From: the human T2T-CHM13v2.0 reference genome, Homo sapiens
Assembly: GCF_009914755.1 (NCBI RefSeq)
Contig: NC_060937.1
Reading direction: 5' to 3' (one strand)
DNA: 64,000 nt
Numbering within the stretch: the first letter of the stretch is position 1; the number at the start of each line of letters is the position of its first letter. The translations under genes and the position numbers were made by a program. The notes below the pieces were generated by a model. It did no database searches, was not told the origin of the DNA, and saw nothing but the letters and a program-made list of their open reading frames with translations. Positions 55,400-64,000 of this stretch are shown piece after piece.

Positions 55400-56045
55400 T
55401 AGCAACTACCTTTTACTGAGCAGCTACTATGTGCAAGGTAATATGTGATACTTGTACCATCTCAGATATCTTCATTAAAATCCTATAAGATAGGCATCAT
55501 TTTTTTATTTTGAAAAGAGAGAATTGAGGCCCTAGGTAGTTATTTAATGTCATGCCAGCCACCTACTGACTCCAATAGGGATAGCACTGTGTCTGAGAAG
55601 CCAAAGAAGAGACTTGGTGACAGGGAATGATATACAGAGTTTATTGGGGGCACTTACACACAGGGATAGTACAGTGGCAGCAGGCTGGATGAGAGAACCA
55701 CTACCATTTGTAAAAACCATACAATTTATATAGCATTTTCACATAGCAACCTCCACCTAGCAACCTCCATTTAACCCAAAACAAGGGCCTCCCAATCCCC
55801 TGTATGACCTATATTCCAAAGAATGGGCAAGGGGTTCAATTGTCCTTCATAGATAAGATCAATGTCTGGATTGGCCACTCCCAGATTCCTTAGCTCAGAA
55901 TTCTGAACCAACGCTCTGCTTAGACCATAGGGTCGTCCTCATGGTATGCTTCAGTTACAGCTGTCAGATGCCTCTGCCATACATTTTATTGGACAATTTC
56001 ATACAACTAAAAAATAGTGGCACTGAAATTTGAATTCAGGTCACA
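55400..56045 (-). mobile_element. MIR split by LTR47-like element
   Basis: tttactgagcagctactatgtgcaagg...gagaattgaggcc; resumes catacaactaaaaaatagtggcactgaaatttgaattcagg. Confidence 0.6.
55548..55983 (-). mobile_element. ERVL solo LTR, LTR47-like
   Basis: tagcaacctccacctagcaacctccatttaacccaaaacaagggcc...ggccactcccagattccttagctc...gctgtcagatgcctctgccataca. Confidence 0.8.
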
Positions 56046-56959
56046 AATTCTTAATAATTAAAAGATTAAGGATTCAGGGTAGGGTTTGGAGCCCATATCC
56101 TGTCTCTCTTTTGGAAAGTAAGAAACCTACAAGGTCCTAAAAAATGGCACAAACACCCAAATGAAAACCTAAATGGAGATTAGCATCACCCTCCTTAGAG
56201 GCTGGCAAGTGGAGCCAGAGGAGAATCTTTTGCAAACATGTGGGAGAACTAAACTGAAGTCTGAAGGTCACTGGGGTTTCCTCTCCTTCTCTGAATCAAG
56301 ACTTTGGAGTCTACCCTAGAGTGAGGTTAGATAAACAACTCAGAACCTTGACTAGCTGCTGGGCGCAGGGTCATGGGTCAGCCTCACACAATCAGACACT
56401 GATGCAATGGCAAGAGCAAGAGAAAAATGGCTCTCTTTCCTTCTAGAAATCTTCTGCAGACCCATTTCCAGGCCCATGCTTACCTCACAGGAAAACAGAA
56501 GTGAAGAAAGCCCTGACTCTCTTACCAACATATGTCACAGATAGGAGAAAGGGGCCATGCCACAAAATACAGGGACCCTGATCCCACAGACCAGTCTACT
56601 CAGGACCAGTAGGCTTCCCAACAATCATATTAGCTACTTTCTTTCACTTGGAGCATCCTTAGTAAGGAGTAGAGAGAAGCCAGAAGTTCCCTTCATAAGC
56701 CTTCCCCCATAGGGAACAAGTGTTGGAAGGCAGAAGTGTGGGCACACATTTGTTCCTTTTTCTACAAGCTAAAGCAGGAGCATGTAGCTGGCAGGAGAAA
56801 GTTTCTCTCCTGCACTGGGAAGAAAGCATGTGAGTTGGCAGGTTCAGAGCCCCCTGAGATGGGGGATGGGAAGACCCTGTTGGTGGCCCGCCATATCCCC
56901 TCCACCCATGCAGAAAGTAACTATGTACTATTCTTGTTTAAATGCCTTTCTATATCTCT

Positions 56960-57300
56960 CCACCTGTGTAGGCAATCTCTGACAGTGGGAAAGGGTTGGC
57001 AGGCTAGAAATTGCCCCAGAAGGAACCCTCAGTTAATGAAGGGTAGGAATTGGTGGATAAACACAGAGCAATAGGAGGGTTCTGAAATGTGTTCCATAGT
57101 CTTTCAGAAGGTCCCTAGAAGGATGAAGCTCCAATTGCTCACAGCAGTAGCCCACTCGTTATCACACTTTGTAGTGTTTTTTTTCCCTTCTTGTTTCTCT
57201 TCTGCCACAGTCTTGCAGTGCTTCCTGGGATCACATCCCAAAGAAACTGCTTGTACGCAAACCCTTGACACAAGTTCATTTTTGGGTGGAGGTCACCATG
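56960..57300 (+). mobile_element. LTR16-like ERVL LTR
   Basis: cagaaggtccc...gctccaattgctcacagcagtagcc...tgcttcctgggatcacatcccaaagaaactgcttg. Confidence 0.65.
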
Positions 57301-58916
57301 AGAAATGACCTTCCAGGAGGGAGATATCACTTCCACACTGCTACCCCAAGCCTTCTTCATTACAAGTGAGAGAGCTGCTTAACCTGAGTCAATAGAAGGT
57401 CAAGCAAGTCGTTACACTGTCTGGCTGCAGGGCTTAACCAAGTTTCAATGGGCGTTGTCACCAGGTACCACAGGTGAAGCTTTAGGATGAGGTGGCATTA
57501 TGGCTTGAAGGTCTCCAGCCTTCTACCACCTTAGTAAGAGGAGAAGTATCCAGGTAGTGGCAATGGTAGGAAGTCTAGTGTTTCAATATACTCTCATGAA
57601 AAAGAGAAGTGACAAATTCTCAAAAGAAATCTTATGGACTTGAAAGGCAAGTTGTAGAAACTTTATGTTTCATCCAAGCCCAGATAGTCAATGAATAAGT
57701 TCAGAAACTTATAGTCCGTATTTTTTTTCTAAATAATAGGATCACAGTTTTCTACTTGGCATAACAATAATACTTAATTTCAGGGTTGTGACAAATAAAT
57801 GAGATTGCAGTTTTAGCCCAGTGCCTGACACAATGTTAGCATTCAACAAGTGAAACTTCTCTTTCCACTTCCATAAATGTGAGTATCCTTCCACCTCCCC
57901 AAGAAACTGGGATTTATGTTGGTCTGCAACTCAGCCTGAATATATTATTCACAGATGTTTTATTATTGTCACTATCAGTTTTTAAGGACCACCTCTAGGT
58001 TCTTGTGTTTCAAATAAAATTTTGTTGAAATGAAAACCAAAATAAGTCCTGTCGTTTTTTTAAAGACTTCTTAAGCTTTCTGATTTCTAGTAACATGAAA
58101 TTCTAGGTAAAAAGCTATCTTTAACCAATTTTTAAAAATCAAGTCTACTGTGATTGATCCAGCTGTTTCCTCAGTTGAAACAAGGAACATCAGAAGTGCC
58201 TACTTCTAGAGCTTGGAGAGTAGGGGTAAGCCAGATAATGCATCTTTCACCAAAGGAAAGCTCCACTTCACAGAGAAGACTAGGCACAGCAAGAAGAGGT
58301 GCTGACTTCTATTTTACATGAGATATAATTATTTCCATTGCTTCTCCTCTTATTTAGTGAAGACAGACTTGTGTTCCTATAAGTCAATCTCATTTGCTAA
58401 GTCTAGTTCTTTGCTTTGTTAGCATCCAAAGAACATTTATTTTTCCTTTCCTATTTACATGTTTCAAATTCCCATCCTGCAATGATTTCTCCCCTCTCTG
58501 CACATTCATGTATTTCTCACACTGTTTCTCTCTCTCCCAAGACTATTGTGCCCTTTCTTTTCTTCCTATTAGCTTGCTACACCAAAGCCATTACAGGAAC
58601 AGGCTGTCTCTATAATGCCTTACTGAAAATGCAGTGAAAACCTCCACAGCAGCTGTGTCCCTGGATGAGACACAATGTCCCAACTGATGTTTTCATATTC
58701 AGTCCACACTGTGCTCAGGGCCTCACTAAGAGGGTGTGCAAGCTTTCATAAGTGTGTTCTTTAATGGCCGACACAAATATGTTTACTCTTCACTCTTCCC
58801 ACTTCTCTAAAATTAACAAGAGGAAAACTCTTGTGATGCTAGTAGAAGAATAATATAGGCCTGGGTAATAATAAATCAATTTCCTCATCATTTCACCAAA
58901 TGAAATATTCAGCCCC

Positions 58917-59230
<314 letters not shown>

Positions 59231-62002
59231 GAAATATTCAGCCCCAAGTTGCTGAGCCCAGTCTGGGTGGTGCTCCTCCCAGGCTCCCGGAAGCCCCACT
59301 CCATAGGTGCAGGCTTACAGACTTCCCTAACAACTGCTGCAGGCCACAACCTCAAACTCACAGCAAACAGGAAGCAGGAGGTGCTGTCACATGTAACACA
59401 GTCAGAGCTTCAAGCCCCCGGAAAAGCTCAATGCCAGATTTCATTCTCTGCCCCTGATGATGCCCCGCACTTTCTTAACTATGCAGCTCAGAATCTCTCT
59501 GTTTCTCACGCAGAGACCAAGGACACCATCTGCCCTACACTCACCCCAGGAAAGCATTGTTGGTAACATTCCTGAAATTTAGTCATCCAACCTCTGCTAG
59601 ACTATTTCTAGAAGGCAGCAAACCCAGCAGGCCTTCAGGGACAATGTGGACAGAGTCTGCTCCCTCTTTCACATCTCATTTTGTCTCCTCTTCTGCAAGC
59701 TAAACTACCCTGGCTCCTTCCCTCATTCTCAGTTTAACACATCTTGTAGATTCTTCTCTTAGTTTCTCTACTGTTAGCACACTTGAGTTTCAAAGCTGCT
59801 TTCAAAATCAAGGGTGCTCACCACTCCAGCTAACATTATTGATACAATGTTACAGATGTATTATTATTTGTCACTGGTCTCCATCATGATAGGCAAATGC
59901 CACGGGCTTTAGGAGTGATTATTTAATATTCCTCATTACATACTAGAATACCTATTGGCTACTATTTAGCTGCTTCTTCCTGTTGCATTTTTTTTCAAAG
60001 AATTGAGAAGGAGAATGAGACCAAAAAACAAACAAACAAAAAAGCACATCTATTTTCCTGCAAAATCAAAACATACCTTATAAATGTCAAACTATTTTCC
60101 AGATTTTTAAATCTGATATGACACCATTACTGAAAAGAATTATCAGCAAGAACTAAAGAGCAATGCAAATGAATTCAACAAGGACTGGAGGAAAATGCAT
60201 ATTAAAATACAAGGAAAGTCTATGTGACACAACGGGCCAAACATTAAGGAAGATCACACTGAGTGTTGCTAAACGTGGGAGCCAAACTGTTTTTACATTT
60301 TGATTATGTGTCCATAGATAACATGCACCCATGGAAGTAGATATTAAGAAAGCAGGAAACTCAGGCTAGGGTACTTCCCATATGAAGTGGGCAAGTACTA
60401 GACATTGGGAGGTCATTGTGTTTTAGAATCACTGCACAGCAAGCTGAGAAAAAAGAAGGAGAAATAGAAGGAAGGCAAGGAGAGAAGGAAGGAAAAGAGG
60501 AAGGATTAAATCAGCAACAGAACAAACCATGCCTAGGTGCCTCATGCAACTACTGTTTCTGCCAAAAGAATAGAAAATGATGAGTGCTTTATTTTCAATA
60601 ACCCATCTAACAATAATCTCTGTTGTTTAGCCACTGGGATGATTTACACGGGAATTAGCAGAAACCCTCCCCATCCATGTTATCTGCTGTGGATTTGCAA
60701 AAGGAACTTAATATAAATATTCTAAAATGAGAATGCTGTAAGAAACATAACCTATGCACACCCAAACCTACCATCGAACATAGAGAAATATAAAAAAGAA
60801 TTATTCTCCCCCGATTTCAGAGTATGCCTAGTTTGGTATGAGGAGGGAGAGTTATCTATGGGTTTGTACTGTTCTGCTTTGTTTTTTTTTTTTGTTTTGT
60901 TCTGTTCTGTTTTTGTTTTGTGTTTCAGGAGATAGCATCTGTTGAGAGACTTTTAAAAATTGAAAGAATAGCTACCCCAGGTTTAGCAGAGACACATAAA
61001 AAGCTGTCTTTCCTGAATCACAAACAGCAGTAGAAAAAAAAAACAGGAGAAAGTAACTAAAAGGTCATTTCACACTCACAGCATTCTGAGTTTGGGGTTT
61101 TCCTTTTTCCTTTGGCCACTACACTGCATTCCATTTGTATGTTGTTTTCTTGATTTAGTCAAGAAAAGCAAGCAAATCAAACACAATTACTTGCCTGAGT
61201 TCCCCTAGCTTAGCATCATGAGAATCTGCAGTTGTTTTTAATGCATTTGGGATGCTCCTTCAGGCTATCAACAAACTCTCTCCTATGTTTATGAATTTAT
61301 TTACTACTTTGGTGTTCCTACTCTCTTCACTCTTCCAGATGGGTTTCAATGGCATCTCTCCACCTTCCCTACCTTATGTAAAAGAGCACACCTGATGTTC
61401 ACCCTCTGTTGTTGCTCTGCATTAGCACAAGAACAAAATGAGCAGAGGCATTTTAAAACATAAGAAACATACATACTAGACATGTTTTGAAAGCAGTAAA
61501 AGACTTGGTAAATTTTTCTTGTTTTCTGATTAAGTTAACAAAAGTTTTTAAACAGTCAACACATATTAAATTTACACCTACTACATGCCCAGAACTATAA
61601 CCAGGCTCTGTAAGGGATGTGGCATTTTTAAGTACAGCACATGGTCCTTGTTCCTACACAGTTTAAATTTAACTGAAACAATTTAGAGATCACTGAAGGG
61701 ACCCACAGGAGGTAGGGAGGCCTCAGGAGGACCAGAAGCAAGACCTTGAACAATTAGGATTCCTGGAGAGGCAAAAAGAGAGGAATTCAACCTTGAACAG
61801 CAAGATTAAAAGCACGAGGGAGGGAACACTGGGAATTTCCAGGACTACAGAGAAGACCTAAAATGAAGCAAGCAGAGAAAACCAATTAACATGTTAAAAG
61901 AGAGTTTCAATTATTTCAATTCTATGAGAAGGTCATTTTTCCTCTCTTTAGGACATCAAATATTTTGAATAGACATTTTTTTTTTCTCATTTATCTCAGG
62001 CT

Positions 62003-62340
62003 TTATTTTTTAAATACTAATACTTAATTTTTTCAGAGCAATTTTAGGCTCACAGCAAAATTAAGAGAAAGGTACAGAGATTTCCCATATATATCCCCTG
62101 TCCCCCAATATACACAGACTCCATTATCAACATTCCCCACCAGATTGGTACATTTGTACCAATGATGACCCTACATTGACACATCATAATCACCTAAAGT
62201 CCCTAGTTTACATTAGGGTTCTCTCTTGGTGATATACATTCTGTGGGTTTGAACAAATGTACAATGACATGTATCACCATTATAATATCTATCATTAAGG
62301 GCATTTCACCACCCTGAAAATCCTCTGTGATCCACCTATT
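62003..62340 (-). mobile_element. L1MC1-like 3' end
   Basis: agagcaattttaggctcacagcaaaatt...ggtacagagatttcccatata...cctacattgacacatcat. Confidence 0.85.
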
Positions 62341-62520
62341 TTCTGTAATGCACAAATTGCTTTTTTTTTTTTTTTGGTAGCAAACTACATGGAGGACTTG
62401 AAGTAGTGTTTCCTAATAACCAGTGCATGACCTCTTTACTGCAGAAACCGCATGACAGCAGCATATCTTTCTCACACAGGCCACCCTTACTGCTCAGCCT
62501 CATAATAGTGGCATGGGTGG

Positions 62521-62874
62521 TGACATGGTTTGGCTGTGTCCCCACCAAATCTCAAATTGAATTGTATCTCCCAGAATTCCCACGTGTTGTGGGAGGGACC
62601 CAGGGGGAGGTAATTGAATCATGGGGGCTGGTCTTTCCTGTGCTAGTCTCGTGATAGTGAATAAGTCTCACGAGATCTGATGGGTTTATCTGGGGTTTCT
62701 GCTTTTGCTTCTTCCTCATTTTACTCTTGCCGCCTCCATGTAAGAAGTGCCTTTTGCCTCCTGCCATGATTCTGAGGCCTCCCTAGCTATGTGGAAATGT
62801 AAGTCCAATTAAAGCTCTTTTTGTTCCCAGTTATCAGTATGTCTTCATCAGCAGTGTGAAAACAAACTAATACA
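62521..62874 (+). mobile_element. THE1A 5' LTR
   Basis: tgacatggtttggctgtgtccccac...gggtttatctggggtttctgcttttgcttcttcctcatttt...aaactaataca. Confidence 0.93.
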
Positions 62875-64000
62875 GTAAATTGGTACCAGTAGAGTGGGGT
62901 GTTGCTGAAAAGATACCTGAAAATGTGGAAGCAACTTTAGAACTAGAGAATAGACAGAGGTTGGAACTGTTTGGAGGGTTCAGAAGAAAACAAGAAAATG
63001 TGGGAAAGTTTGGAACTTTCTAGAGATTTGTTGAATGGCTTTGACCAAAAGCCTGATAGCGATATGGACAATAAGGTCCAGGCTGAGGTGGTCTCAGATG
63101 GAGATGAACTTCTTAGGAACTGAAGCAAAGGTGACTCTTGTTATGTTTTAGCAAAGAGTCTGGTGGCACTTTTCCCCTGCCCTAGAGATTTGTGGAACTT
63201 TGAACTTGAGAGAGATGATTTAGGGTATCTGGCAGAAGAAATTTCTAAGCAGCAAAGCATTCAAAATGTGACTTGGGTGCTGTTAAAAGCATTCCATTTT
63301 AAAAGGGAAATAGAGGAGAAAAGTCTAGAAAATTTGAAGCCTGATGATGAATTCTAAATGAAGAAAAACCCATTTTCCAGGGAGAAATTCAAGTCAGCTG
63401 CAGAAATTTGCATAAGTAGCAAGGAACCTAATGTTAATTTCCAAGACCCTGAGGAAAATGTCTCCAGGACATGTCAGAGACCTTCACAGAAGCCCCTCCC
63501 ATCACAGGCTCAGAGGCCCAGGAGGAAAAAGTGGTTCTGTGGGCCAGGCCCAGGGTCCCCATGCTGTGTGCAGCTTAGGGACTTGGTGCCCTGTGTGCCA
63601 GCCACTACAGCCATGACTGCAAGGGGCCAACATACAGCTCAAGCTGTGGCTTCAGAGCGGGGAAGCCCCAAGCCTTGACACCTTCCATGTGGTGTTGAGC
63701 CTGCAGGTGTACAGAAGTCAAGAGTTGAGGTTTGGGAACCTCCACCTAGATTTCAGAAGATGTATGGAAACGCTTGGATGCCCAGGCAAAAGTTTGCTGC
63801 AGAGGCGGGGCCCTCATGGAGAACCTCTGCTAGGGCAGTGCAGAAGGGAAATGTGGGGTCAGGGCCCCCACACAGTGTCCCTACTGGGGCACTACCTAGT
63901 GAAGCTATGAGAAGAAGGCCACCATCCTCCAGACCCCAGAATGGTAGATCCACCTTCAGCTTGCACTTTGTGCCTGGAAAAGCCACAGATACTCAATGAC
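62875..64000 (+). mobile_element. THE1A internal region (continues past window)
   Basis: gtaaattggtaccagtagagtggggt...ccctagagatttgtggaactttgaacttgagagagatgatttagggtatctgg; broken MaLR ORF (CPRDLWNFELERDDLGYLAEEISKQQSIQ). Confidence 0.93.

Noticed and set aside
63163-63999. Several overlapping ORFs
   Set aside because: Broken THE1 internal ORF and its alternative frames

Overview
Primate (human or ape type) non-coding genomic DNA. It is AT-rich, CpG-depleted and dominated by transposon relics: about 11 Alus (J, S, Y), L1PA/PB/MA/MC fragments, L2, MIR, MaLR LTRs (THE1A plus internal region, THE1D, MSTA, MLT1), MLT2, ERV1/ERVL LTRs and hAT MITEs. I see no credible protein-coding gene, RNA gene or CRISPR array. 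The listed ORFs are short and random or repeat-derived. The most interesting signals are: (1) two divergently oriented, heavily decayed Ty3/Gypsy internal regions, minus strand about 33.9-36.25 kb (PR-RT-RNaseH-INT motifs in order) and plus strand about 41.9-43.0 kb (RNaseH-INT, possible PNMA-like gag at about 39.1 kb); (2) three young, near-identical local duplications of 80-102 bp (inverted, tandem, dispersed direct), all copied from those relics; (3) a TSD-flanked, polyadenylated orphan retroposed insert at 28.7 kb; (4) two short L1PA insertions with apparent 3' transductions, one also 5'-inverted; (5) a compact ETS/NF-kB/RUNX/CCAAT/TATA cluster at about 17.0-17.3 kb. I cannot support a novel functional system from the sequence alone. 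Subfamily names come from my recall of consensus sequences, not from a search, and repeat boundaries are approximate unless TSDs are cited.
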